From positions 384,001 to 448,000 of the forward strand of contig CAWGYD010000008.1 in NCBI GenBank assembly GCA_963826785.1: a stretch of DNA of 64,000 nucleotides, in the 5' to 3' direction. Shown one piece after another: positions 47,529 to 57,979 of the stretch (position 1 is its first letter; each line of letters begins with the position of its first letter). The position numbers were made by a program, and so were the translations under genes. The notes under the pieces were generated by a model. The model had not been told where the DNA came from, did no database searches, and saw only the letters and a program-made list of their open reading frames with translations. Source of the DNA: an uncultured delta proteobacterium. GTDB taxonomy: Bacteria > Desulfobacterota > Desulfobacteria > Desulfobacterales > Desulfosalsimonadaceae.

Positions 47529-48239
47529 TTGGAAAACCTTTATTATTTCATTCTGGTCCCCATGGTCTACCTGGCCTTTGCGGTTTTCTTCGGGGGCACA
47601 GCCTATCAGCTGGTAAGGATCTGGCGGAGGCCGGCGAATCCGGTCCCCCTTCACCTGTATCCGAAAAAGCGGCATGGCTTTCTAAATGCCCTTTCCGACA
47701 CATTTCTGCTGCCCACGGTCCTGCGGCGAAAACCCCTGCTGTGGGGGTTTCTCATGGCCTTTCACATCTGCCTGCTGCTGACCATCGTCGGCCACCTGGA
47801 GCTGTTTGCCGATATTAAGGCGATCCAGGTCATTCCCCACCAGATTTTTCTGGGGGGTGGATTTTTAGGGCTGATCCTGTCCATCTGCCTGCTCTATTTT
47901 TTAGGCCGCCGGTTCTTTTCACCCGTGCGGGATATCTCCGTGCCCGAGGATTATTTCCTGCTGATCCTGCTCTTTCTGGTGGTCCTGTTCGGATCGGAGA
48001 TGGACTGGGCCCGCAACTGGTTTTATTACAGCACCATGTATGTCGAGGACTACCGGGAATACCTGATGAGCCTGCTCACCTTGAAGCCGGTGCTGAGCGA
48101 CACCATTACCGGCTCGGGGCATACCTTCATGCTGGTGCTGCACGTGCTGTTCGCCAACCTGTTTTTAATGGCGTTTCCCTTCAGCAAGATCATGCATGCC
48201 TTTCTGGCCCTGCCGGTCAACCAATTGAAAAGAGGATAG
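47529..48239 (+). CDS. NarI/DsrM/HmcE-like membrane b-type cytochrome
   Basis: About 5 TM helices; heme His pairs FH...GH and LH...PFSKIMH; TTG start with GGGGAG RBS. Confidence 0.82.
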   Translation: MENLYYFILVPMVYLAFAVFFGGTAYQLVRIWRRPANPVPLHLYPKKRHGFLNALSDTFLLPTVLRRKPLLWGFLMAFHICLLLTIVGHLELFADIKAIQVIPHQIFLGGGFLGLILSICLLYFLGRRFFSPVRDISVPEDYFLLILLFLVVLFGSEMDWARNWFYYSTMYVEDYREYLMSLLTLKPVLSDTITGSGHTFMLVLHVLFANLFLMAFPFSKIMHAFLALPVNQLKRG

Positions 48240-48242
48240 ACA

Positions 48243-49496
48243 ATGGATGCCAAAACCCGCGCCGATCTCTTGGCGCTTTTTGAAAGCAAGCTCAACTATG
48301 CCATGCGCCTCTACCTGGAAACCTGCTCCCGGTGCGGCGTGTGCACCGAGGCCTGCCACGTGTATGCCTCCATGCCCAAGGCCAAAAATATCGCCGCATA
48401 CCGCGCAGAGATCGTCCGCCGGATATACAAGAAATATTTCAAAGCCCAGGGCCGGATCATGCCGGCTCTGGGTGAAGCCCGGCCCCTTTCCGAACTGGCC
48501 CTCGAGGAACTCTACGAGGCCGCCTACTCCTGCACCGGATGCCGGCGATGCATGACCTTCTGCCCCTTCGGCATCGACACCCAGATGATCATGTCCATTG
48601 CCAAACTCCTGCTGGTGGGCGCCCACGCGGAGCCGGAAATCCTGACCATGCTGGCCGATACCTCCATCCAGAAGGGTCAATCCCTGGAGATCTTCCGGGA
48701 AGGTTTTCTGGAATCGGTGAAGGAACTGGAGGCGGACGTTCTGGAAAAATGGAAATCCGAGGCGGGAAAAACGGTGATTCCCGTGGATGTCAAGGGTGCA
48801 AACCTGCTTTACGTGGCCCTGGCCGGTTCCCATTCCATGGTCCCGGCGGCGGCCGTGTTCAACGCGGCCGGTGAAAAGTGGACGCTCTCTTTTTTCGAGG
48901 CGGTCAATTTCGGAGCGTTTGTGGGCGATCCCTCCCGGACCCGGCTGATCCTGGACCGCATCATCAATGAGGCCAGGCGCCTTGAAGTCAAGGAAGTCTG
49001 CATCTGCGAGTGCGGCACCGCCTTCCGGGTGATGAAGCAGATGGCCGGAAACCAGCCCTTTACGGTCAGCTCCATCACCGAGGTTCACGCGCGGTATATC
49101 CGGGAGGGTCGGATCAAGCTGAAAAAGGAAAAAATTTCTGCCCCCCTGACCTATCACGATCCCTGCCAGCTGGCCCGAAACGGCGGGGTCATGGACGAGC
49201 CGCGCTATATCCTCTCCCACCTGGCCGGCAATTTCCGGGACATGTCCCCCAAACCGGCGGACAACTGGTGTTGCGGCGGTGGCGGCGGCCTGGTGGCGCT
49301 GGGGGAAGACACGCTGGATTTCAGGATGAAGTCGGCAAAAGTCAAGGCCGAACAGGTGAAGAAAACCGGCGCAAAAATCCTGGCCACCGCCTGCGAGAAC
49401 TGCCACACCCAACTGTGCAATTTAAACGACCATTACCAGATGGGCACCGACGTCCGCTTTCTCTCCTCCATGGTGGCAGACGCCCTGGTAGAATAG
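48243..49496 (+). CDS. DsrK/HdrD/HmcF-like Fe-S oxidoreductase with CCG domain
   Basis: CSRCGVCTEAC, CTGCRRCMTFCPFGID, ECG, YHDPC, WCCGGGGG, TACENC. Confidence 0.88.
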   Translation: MDAKTRADLLALFESKLNYAMRLYLETCSRCGVCTEACHVYASMPKAKNIAAYRAEIVRRIYKKYFKAQGRIMPALGEARPLSELALEELYEAAYSCTGCRRCMTFCPFGIDTQMIMSIAKLLLVGAHAEPEILTMLADTSIQKGQSLEIFREGFLESVKELEADVLEKWKSEAGKTVIPVDVKGANLLYVALAGSHSMVPAAAVFNAAGEKWTLSFFEAVNFGAFVGDPSRTRLILDRIINEARRLEVKEVCICECGTAFRVMKQMAGNQPFTVSSITEVHARYIREGRIKLKKEKISAPLTYHDPCQLARNGGVMDEPRYILSHLAGNFRDMSPKPADNWCCGGGGGLVALGEDTLDFRMKSAKVKAEQVKKTGAKILATACENCHTQLCNLNDHYQMGTDVRFLSSMVADALVE

Positions 49497-49634
49497 CAGG
49501 GATCGCATTCCTCTTTGGCCTGCCCGGGGGCATGGTTAAATCAACGGGGCGATTCCGGCTTGCCGCAAAATGGTTATTGGGATAATGAAAGGGCAAAGCC
49601 AAAAAATACCTTTATCCCTGTTACGGATCATCAA

Positions 49635-50825
49635 ATGACCAGAGTCATATTGAAAAAAGGGCGTGAACGGTCCCTTCTGCGCGGGCATCCGTGGGTGTTT
49701 TCCGGTGCGGTCGGGCAAATCGATATCACACCCCAGCCCGGCGAAACCATCGAGGTCTTTTCGGACAGCGGCCAGTTTCTGGGACGCGGGGCCTTTTCCC
49801 CCGCCTCCCAGATCCGGGTGCGCATCTGGACGTTTGATCCGAAAGAAGCCATCGATGAGCGCTTTTTTGAAAACCGGATTCAGGCGGCCATGTCATTGCG
49901 GGCATCTTTGGGTATTTCCGGGCAGACCAATGCCTTTCGCCTGGTTTCCGCGGAAGCCGACGGGCTTCCCGGGTTGATCGTGGACCGCTACGGCGATTTC
50001 CTGGTGTGCCAGTTTTTAAGCACGGGCGCCGAAAACTGGAAAGGCGTCATCGTCGATCACCTGACAAAGCTTGCCGGCATCAAGGGCATTTTCGAACGCT
50101 CCGATGCCGGCGTCCGCAAAAAAGAAGGATTGCGGCCACAAAAAGGACTGCTATGGGGAGAAAATCCACCCGACCGGATCGAGATCGAGGAAGCGGGTAT
50201 AAAATTTCTGGTTGATGTCGAAAACGGCCATAAAACCGGATTTTACCTGGATCAGCGGATCAACCGCCATCTGGTTTCCGCGCACAGTTTCGGGACGGAG
50301 GTGCTCAACTGTTTTGCCTACACCGGGGGATTCGGCCTGGCGGCCTTAAAAGGCGGGGCCAAACACGTGACCCACGTGGAGGATGTGGCCGGCCTGCTGG
50401 AACAAATCGACCAGAATGTGCGCCTGAATCCGTTTGAAGCGCACCGGTCCGAAAACATCAAGGCCGATGTTTTCCAGTTGCTGCGGAGATACGATGAGCA
50501 AAAAAAAACCTTTGATATGATCATCCTGGACCCGCCCAAATTTGCGGAATCCCAGCGTCACCTGCCCCGGGCCAGCCGCGGGTACAAGGACATCAACCGC
50601 CTGGCATTCAAGTGCCTGCGGCCGGGCGGCATGCTGTTCACCTTTTCCTGCTCCGGCCTGATGGGCATGGAATTATTCCAGAAAATCGTCGCCGATGCGG
50701 CCATCGATGCCGGCCGTGACGCGCAGATCATCCAATGGCTCGGACAAAGCCCCGACCACCCCGTAAAGCTGCATATCCCCGAAAGCCAGTATCTGAAAGG
50801 CCTGATCGCACGCGTATCCGGTTAG
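49635..50825 (+). CDS. rlmI: 23S rRNA m5C1962 methyltransferase RlmI
   Basis: GHPWVFSGA PUA domain, GHKTGFYLDQR, LNCFAYTGGF, DPPKF, FSCSG, YLKG; 396 aa. Confidence 0.92.
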   Translation: MTRVILKKGRERSLLRGHPWVFSGAVGQIDITPQPGETIEVFSDSGQFLGRGAFSPASQIRVRIWTFDPKEAIDERFFENRIQAAMSLRASLGISGQTNAFRLVSAEADGLPGLIVDRYGDFLVCQFLSTGAENWKGVIVDHLTKLAGIKGIFERSDAGVRKKEGLRPQKGLLWGENPPDRIEIEEAGIKFLVDVENGHKTGFYLDQRINRHLVSAHSFGTEVLNCFAYTGGFGLAALKGGAKHVTHVEDVAGLLEQIDQNVRLNPFEAHRSENIKADVFQLLRRYDEQKKTFDMIILDPPKFAESQRHLPRASRGYKDINRLAFKCLRPGGMLFTFSCSGLMGMELFQKIVADAAIDAGRDAQIIQWLGQSPDHPVKLHIPESQYLKGLIARVSG

Positions 50826-50959
50826 CCGCTTTAAGTTTTTGAAGGAACTTAACTCGGTAAAGCGGTTTAAAGGGTTGCAACATGGATGCGCATATGGTAA
50901 TTGCAAACATCATAAGCAAGTAAATCTCCATTTTATGAACCCTCACAGAGTTTCATGTT

Positions 50960-52034
50960 TTGATCCGGTCATATCTTCCCCTTTTCATTCTGCTTCCGTT
51001 GTTCCTGCTGTCGGGCTGCGATTCATTTTCCTATTACCGCCAGGCAGCCGCGGGCCAGATGAGCCTGTTATCCAAGAGACAGCCCATTGAAAACCTGATC
51101 GCAGACACATACACGGATGAAAATCTCAAAGCGCGCCTGAAGCTGATCCTGTCCATCCGGGATTTTGCCCGGACCGAGCTGAACCTGCCGGTTGAAAAAC
51201 AGTTTCTCTCCTATGTGGATCTCGGCCGGACGCATGTGGTCTGGAATGTATATGCCGCCCCGGAATTTTCACTTTCCCCCAGGACCTTTCATTTCCCCAT
51301 TGTCGGCGATACGGTATACAAGGGCTTTTTCTCGGAAGAAATGGCTATGGAATCTGGCGGACAGGCTTCACCGCCAGGGGTTTGATGTCTATGTCAGCGG
51401 CGCCACCGCCTATTCCACCCTGGGATGGTTTTCGGACCCGATTCTGAGCACCACGGTTTACCGCAGGGAGGACAACCTGGCGGGCCTGATATTTCATGAA
51501 CTGGCCCACCAGGTGCTCTATATTAAAAACGACACCGCCTTCAACGAGGGGTTCGCCGTGGCCGTGGAGCAGGAGGGGGTGCGCCGCTGGCTGGAAAGCC
51601 GCGGCGAACATGCCCTGTTTGCGCAGTATCTGCAGGGAAAGAAGCAGCGGGCCGAATTTGCCGATCTGGTCAAAACCTGCCGCGCGCACCTGCAAACGCT
51701 TTACCAAAGAGGAGATATCGGCATACCCGAGAAAAAAGCGCAAAAAGCATCCATATTCGAACAACTTCGCAGCGATTATGCGCAGCTGAAAACAAAGTGG
51801 GGCAACGACAGCCGCTATGACGCCTGGTTTGACTCGCCCATGAACAATGCCAAGTTGATTCCGGTGGCGGTCTATTCGGATTTTGTCCCTTTTTTTGCGG
51901 GCATGATTCAGCAGACAGACGGCAACATGCAGGCGTTTTTTAAAAACTGCCGCAGGCTGTCCCGACAAAGGCCGGAAAAAAGGATCCTCCTGTTATCCCA
52001 GATCCCACCCCTTAACCTGACTCCCCACCTGTAG
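50960..52034 (+). pseudogene. Putative zinc aminopeptidase lipoprotein (DUF2265-like), frameshifted near 51350
   Basis: Lipobox LSGC, VVWNVYAAPEFSL and YKGFF in the first frame; AYSTLGWFSDP, HELAH and FNE in the second frame. Confidence 0.82.
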
Positions 52035-52053
52035 CACCAGTGTCGGCAGCCGG

Positions 52054-53653
52054 TCACATCGAAACGGATGTTTCCGTTGCTTTTTCCATCATCATGTCCA
52101 GATGAAAACGGACCGGGCCCCGGTAGCGGTGATCCTCGCCGAAACGGGTATGCAGCGCATATTCGGATGTGGGCAGGGACCAGGAAGTGGCAATGGCCAC
52201 ATGCCCTTTGGGAAAGGGTGCGATTTCCGCCTGAATGTAATCCAGGGGGGCCAGCGCGCTCGGCTTTTCCACCAGGGAATCCTGCTCCCCGTAGCAGATA
52301 AGCATCCGGATGCCCTTTTCCTGCAGCCGTTTGATGTTGAGCGGCCGGTCGAAGGCCTTGAACGGAAGGGTCCCGTCCTTGGAAATGGGATGGTTATAGG
52401 ACAAAAAGCTCAACCGGGTGATTTCCATGGGCAGATCGTGACGCTGGCAGGTAATCCAGTAATTTAAAGCCGCGGCGGTTTTGCTGAGTTTCATCCCCCG
52501 TTTCTTCAGGATGCTGAACATGGCCAAATCCCGGTACAAGGTATTTACCGGATATTCCGTCTGGATGCTCTTTAATTTATAGACCCAGCTCATCAGGTCG
52601 CCATCGGCTACCCGGTTGCCGTTTGGAAGCACCTTGGTCCCGTATTCCAGGGAGTTGAACCGATCGGGCAGGTTTTCCAGAAAATGCCGGAAGTGTGCGC
52701 TCCGGGTGCCGTCGATGGGGGCCACACAGGTGATATGGGTATCCACCAGGCCGTCGAGTTCACCGGAAAGCAGGTTGCTCAGGGTGATCAATCCCCCCTG
52801 GCAGTATCCGTTCAATGTCAGCGGCCGGCCATGTTCCGCCACGATCTTTTCACAGAAATATTTCATATCCCGGATATCGTCTTCCAGGGTGATCTTTTGC
52901 ATGGCCGGGGTGGTGTCGATGGGTTTCATGATCCGCACATAGGTGGGAATCCCCTGGTTGGCAAAGCTGTGCACATAGCTCTTGTTCTCCCCCGGAAGAA
53001 AGGCCAGGATATCGGCCCCCAGCACATAAGGGTGAACAATCAGGATCGGCTTTGCCGTTTTCGCGTTCGTCGATATCGGTTTCCGTCGGCAGGACCCGGT
53101 AGCAGAAGAAGCGGTCGGTTTCGGCAATCTTGCGGTATCCGCCGCGTTCGAAGTGAAATCCGAATTCATCTGCGATCTCCGAAATCGCCCGGGGATATTC
53201 ATGCGCCACCTGCCGGGTGATGTCGGCAATTCGCTCGATATAATCGAATATGTCGCCTTCCGTGCTGCCGGCAAAGGTTTTCATCACGGCATTGACGGCC
53301 TTTTCCATTTCAGCGGAGTGGAATTCAACCATGGTATCCAGGCTGCTTGAAATCGCCTGAAAGGCAAGATCCATATTAAAAGCGATCAATTTCATATACT
53401 CGGGCCAAGCGCCGGCCGGCGGATCGGTGCCCGCTTTTGCCGCCTCGGCCTGGTTGAAATAATTGAGCGCCTTGACCCAGGAATTGAAATAATCCGCGTT
53501 GTAATCCGCCAATGCCTGCCAGTAATCATATCCGGCCCGGGTCAGCCCGTAATTCGCGTTTTCGATCTTCTTCTCATAATTCCAAAATTTATCGATTCCT
53601 TTAAACAAAGACGGATTGAAATCAGAGATCGACATATTCATGATGGTTTCCAT
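52054..53653 (-). pseudogene. PHA synthase-like alpha/beta-hydrolase, frameshifted at about 53052
   Basis: One extra A breaks NGKPILIVHPY; GYCQGG nucleophile elbow, GEQD and KGH triad positions. Confidence 0.75.
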
Positions 53654-53687
53654 TCAGAAATCTCCATAAGGCCCTGGTTTGTGGATT

Positions 53688-54155
53688 TCAAAGCACGTTG
53701 CCCTGCAGGTATTGATGCATACAGGTTTTAAGATGCCCCTTCAAATGCGAATCCAGCTCTTCCAGGCACTCATTGCACAGAGAAATCGATTCTTTCGTCT
53801 GGTACAACTGTCTGAACGGCACTGTCTTGTTGCACCAGTTGCAGCTGACGGAAAGCCATTTGATCCCGGCGATGTAGGGCGGCTCGGATCGCTTTTTCTG
53901 CCAGATGAGCTTTGCTTCGGGAGCATAGATGGGGGCCGAGCCGGTCTGGCCGGCAATCGGAGGCGCAAAATGGATGACGGAATTTTCAGGAAGCGGGTGG
54001 CTGGAGATGAATCCGAGCCCGCCCTTGCTGTAATTTTTCGTCAATGCCGAAAAAACATCCTTTTCTCCTTCGGCGCGAAACCGGATGGGGGCATTGACGG
54101 CGTATCGTTTATATGCCCTGGCATTTGAATCTTCAACATGATCCTGATTCATCAT
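53688..54155 (-). CDS. PilZ-domain protein with C-terminal CxxC...CxxC zinc-ribbon-like motif
   Basis: RAYKR and NYSKGG; CNWC...CNEC; AAGGAG RBS. Confidence 0.75.
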   Translation of the reverse strand: MMNQDHVEDSNARAYKRYAVNAPIRFRAEGEKDVFSALTKNYSKGGLGFISSHPLPENSVIHFAPPIAGQTGSAPIYAPEAKLIWQKKRSEPPYIAGIKWLSVSCNWCNKTVPFRQLYQTKESISLCNECLEELDSHLKGHLKTCMHQYLQGNVL

Positions 54156-54411
54156 TGTTCGTCTCCTTTCATTGGGGAATGGAGAACTGTGTAAACAAAT
54201 GTAATGCCCGCAGCACTATGATGCCAGTGGGGTCAGCCGCTTTATTTGAAGAAATCGGTTGCGCCACCCGCACCCGGAAATGACCAGGCCATAGCCGATG
54301 GAACAGGCGCTGATTTGACAGCAGCGGATCCGATGGAAACCATTTTGCCATGCCCTTTCTTCGGGGCCTCGGGAAAACTTCAAACACGCGAACAGCAGCA
54401 AAGGAATGGTA

Positions 54412-55260
54412 ATGAATATTCAAATTCAGGAACCTCAAATCCTCGAGCAGGATATACTGAGAGTGGACGACCCGGATTTTCGTCCGGAGCATGTATGCAT
54501 CGTCACCGGCGCCGGCGGCGGGATCGGGCGGGCCACCGCCATTGCCGCCGCCGCCAACCATCTAACGGTGGCGGGGCTGGATATCGATGAAGAAAGCGGT
54601 CAACAGACCGCGAAAATGGCAAAGGACCTGGGCGGCCAGATGGTGTTCATCCGGACGGATCTCACCCGGGATGAAGATATCGTGCACGCCGTTTCCGAAG
54701 CGGCCAAAAAGGGAACGATCAAGTACCTGGCCAATATCGCCGGCATCCAGCACATCGATTCCATCGAGAATTTTCCCATGGACAAATACGACCTGATGCA
54801 GAAGATCATGCTGCGCGCCCCCTTTTACCTGTCCAAACTCAGCCTGCCCCACATGAAAAAGAGTTCCGGCGGGACCGGGGCTGTCGGCAACATGGCTTCC
54901 GTGCACGCCCACATCTGCACCATCAACAAGGCGGTTTACAACATCACCAAGTTCGGCCTGCGGGCGCTGACACAATCCATTGCCGCAGAAGGGGGAGGCA
55001 AAGTCCGGTCCTTTTCCGTGAGCACCGGGTTTGTGAAGACCGCCCTGGCCCTGAAGCAGGTTCCGGCCCAGGCGAAGCAGCGCGGTATCACCGAAGACGA
55101 AGTCGTGCGCGACGTGATGATGGGCAAGTCGCGGATCAAGGAAATGATGGCCCCCATAGAGGTGGGGAACCTGTTCGTCTACGGTTTTTCACGATTTTCC
55201 AGGTACCTGATCGGAGGTGATCTCCTGTTTGACGGCGGGATGACGCTGACGTACATGTAG
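54412..55260 (+). CDS. bdhA: SDR oxidoreductase, D-3-hydroxybutyrate dehydrogenase-like
   Basis: TGAGGGIG, AGIQHIDSIENFP, ASVH, YNITK; located in the pha cluster. Confidence 0.75.
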   Translation: MNIQIQEPQILEQDILRVDDPDFRPEHVCIVTGAGGGIGRATAIAAAANHLTVAGLDIDEESGQQTAKMAKDLGGQMVFIRTDLTRDEDIVHAVSEAAKKGTIKYLANIAGIQHIDSIENFPMDKYDLMQKIMLRAPFYLSKLSLPHMKKSSGGTGAVGNMASVHAHICTINKAVYNITKFGLRALTQSIAAEGGGKVRSFSVSTGFVKTALALKQVPAQAKQRGITEDEVVRDVMMGKSRIKEMMAPIEVGNLFVYGFSRFSRYLIGGDLLFDGGMTLTYM

Positions 55261-55279
55261 GAACGATCTTGGACGAAAT

Positions 55280-55302
55280 CGCAAAAAGCATCCCTTTTTG
55301 CG
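55280..55302. terminator. Hairpin between convergent genes
   Basis: CGCAAAAAG-catcc-CTTTTTGCG. Confidence 0.45.
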
Positions 55303-55358
55303 CGATATTTTTGCAGTAAGCGGCGCTTTAAAAAGTGGTCAAACCATTTGATGGGCGC

Positions 55359-55778
55359 TTATTTTTTGGGCGGGCTGATGACGGCTGTGCCGTCCAGGAC
55401 GACCGTGCCATCCTGATTGATGCACCGGGTGCTTGCGGTGATCCGGTTTTTTTCGGAATCGATGCGGGTGACCTCCACCACCGCTCGGATGGTGTCGCCG
55501 ATTTTTACCGGGGCCTTGAAATTGAGTTCCTGGCGGATGTAAATCGCGCCGGGGCCGGGGAGATGGTTTCCTAAAACATTGGAGATAAAGCCCGCCGACA
55601 GCATGCCGTGGGCGATGCGGGTCTTGAAGAATGTGCCCCTGGCATATTCCTCGTTGACATGGGCGGGGTTGAAATCGCCGGTGATCCCGGCATACGCATA
55701 TATGTCGCCCTCGGATACGGTCTTGGCAAATTCGGCCGTGTCCCCGACCCGGATTTCATCAATTGTCCTGCCCTTCAT
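55359..55778 (-). CDS. phaJ: MaoC-family (R)-specific enoyl-CoA hydratase
   Basis: TGDFNPAHV, RIAHGML, LPGPG, FKAPVKIGDT. Confidence 0.88.
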   Translation of the reverse strand: MKGRTIDEIRVGDTAEFAKTVSEGDIYAYAGITGDFNPAHVNEEYARGTFFKTRIAHGMLSAGFISNVLGNHLPGPGAIYIRQELNFKAPVKIGDTIRAVVEVTRIDSEKNRITASTRCINQDGTVVLDGTAVISPPKK

Positions 55779-55806
55779 CCAAAGGCTCCTTTTCTAAAAT
55801 ATAATA

Positions 55807-56829
55807 TCAGAACCATGACCGGTGTGCCCACATGTCATCTTTCAAATCACTGTATTTGTCTTCGAGAATGGCAAAACTGGTGGCATTCCCGATGGACAGC
55901 CCGGCCTGATGGGCGAGTGCGTTGAACATCATGATTTCATCATCATAAAAAGGCCGATATGCGGCGAAATACAGCCACATCATGCCGGAAATATCCTCAC
56001 CGGAGCGGATCGGGGCGCCCATGAGGCCCATGACGCCCTGTTGCTGCAGCGCTTCCGGCACAGGCATATGATCATTGGGAAGAATCAGCGTTTTGCCTGT
56101 CAGGATGTCCCGGGTACGGATTCCCCCGGCCACCGCGGCGGCAGCCAGGATATCGGGGCTCAATCCATGATGGGTCACCAGCACCGGTTCCCCGGTTTTC
56201 CGGTCCACCAGGTAAACGGCTGCGCCCTTTGCCCCGTAACCCCGGGTGAGGTCAACGGTCAGCGTATTCATGATCTGCTTTAGATCCAGAGACGCATTTA
56301 TACCTGCCGTCAGGTCGTGAAACATCTTCGTCATCTTCCGGATATGCACGATCAGCCGGGCCCGGTCAACTGCAATTCCGGCATTGGCTGCAAGGGCCGA
56401 AAAGAAGGCGATTTCGTCGCGGCCGAATTCGTGCTTTTCAGATTTGTACAAAAAGAACACCCCCATGGGTTGGTTGCCGGTCATCACCGGAACGGCCATG
56501 TAGGAAGCGATCCCTTCCTCGGCCAGAAGTCCCGGATGCGAGGCGCAGTCGTCATCGATGATATCGGAAATTTTCCGGCACCCGCTTTTGAGAAGCTCCT
56601 CGAGGATGGCTTTTGCGCGGTCCGGCTCCGCCTGGAGATGTTTTTCGGACAGTCCCCGATGCACCGCAGGCAGAAACCGGCTGTTTTCCGGGTGCATCAG
56701 GCAAAGGCACGCACCCCTGGCGTCGAGGGCGTCAACGGCGATATCCATCAGCAGGTCCAGCAGTTCCCTTTTTTTGATGGCCGCACCCTGTGCCCGGCTG
56801 ATTTCACAGAGATGTTCAAAGTAGTTCAT
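55807..56829 (-). CDS. Tandem-GAF domain protein in the pha operon
   Basis: Two GAF-like repeats (EGIASYMAVPV; GVMGLMGAPI); start overlaps the phaC stop. Confidence 0.8.
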   Translation of the reverse strand: MNYFEHLCEISRAQGAAIKKRELLDLLMDIAVDALDARGACLCLMHPENSRFLPAVHRGLSEKHLQAEPDRAKAILEELLKSGCRKISDIIDDDCASHPGLLAEEGIASYMAVPVMTGNQPMGVFFLYKSEKHEFGRDEIAFFSALAANAGIAVDRARLIVHIRKMTKMFHDLTAGINASLDLKQIMNTLTVDLTRGYGAKGAAVYLVDRKTGEPVLVTHHGLSPDILAAAAVAGGIRTRDILTGKTLILPNDHMPVPEALQQQGVMGLMGAPIRSGEDISGMMWLYFAAYRPFYDDEIMMFNALAHQAGLSIGNATSFAILEDKYSDLKDDMWAHRSWF

Positions 56830-57979
56830 GTTCCGCTCCGGTTTGCTTGTCCTTTGCCAGTAAATAGTAATCCTTCACATGGATCGATGCACGGTCCGCA
56901 TCCCGATCCGAAAGCCAGCTGATGATTTTGGGGACAAATTCCTTTTTCGATTTGGAGCTGACATAAATGCCGATATGGCCGGTTTCCAGCCGGAAATCTT
57001 CCGTGTCGTGGCTGCCCACCCGGCTCGTGATGAGATTGGCCGCCCCCGGCGGCACCAGATGATCGAACTGGGCGTAAATATTGAGCAGCGGCATGGTGAT
57101 GCGGTTTAAATCCACATGCTTTCCCTCCAGTTCGTACCGGTTTTGAATCAGCAGGTTCTTCTGGTAGAAATCCCGAATGAACTGGCGAAAGGTCTCCCCG
57201 GGTACATCGGGACTATCGAAGATCCATTTTTCCATGCGGATGAAATTTTCCACGTAATCCATGCTGTCGAAATTTTCCGTAAACCCCACGTATTTGTCGA
57301 TCATCAACCGGGCGGGATTGAGCAGCAGGAATCCCAGGTTCATGATGTCCCCGGGGACGTTTCCGTAGGCCTCGACCAGGGCGTCGGGATCCACGTACTT
57401 CATCCAGATATGCAAAAGCCCGTCATCCGTATCGAAATTGGACGGGGTGACCGTGGTGATCAGGTTCTTGATCTTTTCCGGGTAGAGCGCGCTGTAGATC
57501 AGGCTGAACGTGCCGCCCATGCAGATACCCATCAGGTTGATCTGCTCCAGATCATGGCGGCGGCGGATAAAATCGACAATGTTGTTCATGTAGCCGTTGA
57601 CGTGATCCCCGATGCCGACGAACCGGTCCATCTTCGTAGGATATCCCCAATCGACCACATACAGCTCCATGCCGGCATCCAGCATGCTGCGGATCACGCT
57701 TCGGTCCGGCTGAAGGTCGAGCATGGTCTCCCGGTTGATCAGGGCATATACCATCAGCAGGGGCGTTTGGATATGCCCCTCCGGGCGGTTTGGGGGCAGG
57801 TAGTGCTTCAGCTTGACCCGATCCTCCGTGTAGACCACCTCATACGGCGTTTCGGAAATCCGGGTGTTTAACGGACTGACCATGATCTGGGCGGCCTTTT
57901 TGCTTCTCTTTCTTGCCCTGTCCATGTCCTGGGCCAGACGGGATAAAATCAGATCCACCGGAACACCTGAGCGGTTCAT
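56816..57979 (-). CDS. phaC: Class III PHA synthase catalytic subunit
   Basis: YALINR, LDLQPDRS, GICMGG, RMEKWIFDSPDVPGE, DHLVPP, GHIG. Confidence 0.95.
   Translation of the reverse strand: MNRSGVPVDLILSRLAQDMDRARKRSKKAAQIMVSPLNTRISETPYEVVYTEDRVKLKHYLPPNRPEGHIQTPLLMVYALINRETMLDLQPDRSVIRSMLDAGMELYVVDWGYPTKMDRFVGIGDHVNGYMNNIVDFIRRRHDLEQINLMGICMGGTFSLIYSALYPEKIKNLITTVTPSNFDTDDGLLHIWMKYVDPDALVEAYGNVPGDIMNLGFLLLNPARLMIDKYVGFTENFDSMDYVENFIRMEKWIFDSPDVPGETFRQFIRDFYQKNLLIQNRYELEGKHVDLNRITMPLLNIYAQFDHLVPPGAANLITSRVGSHDTEDFRLETGHIGIYVSSKSKKEFVPKIISWLSDRDADRASIHVKDYYLLAKDKQTGAEHELL

Noticed and set aside
47529..49496. Nitrate reductase or canonical dsrMKJOP assignment
   Set aside because: No narGH or dsrJOP genes are adjacent; only family-level similarity is supportable
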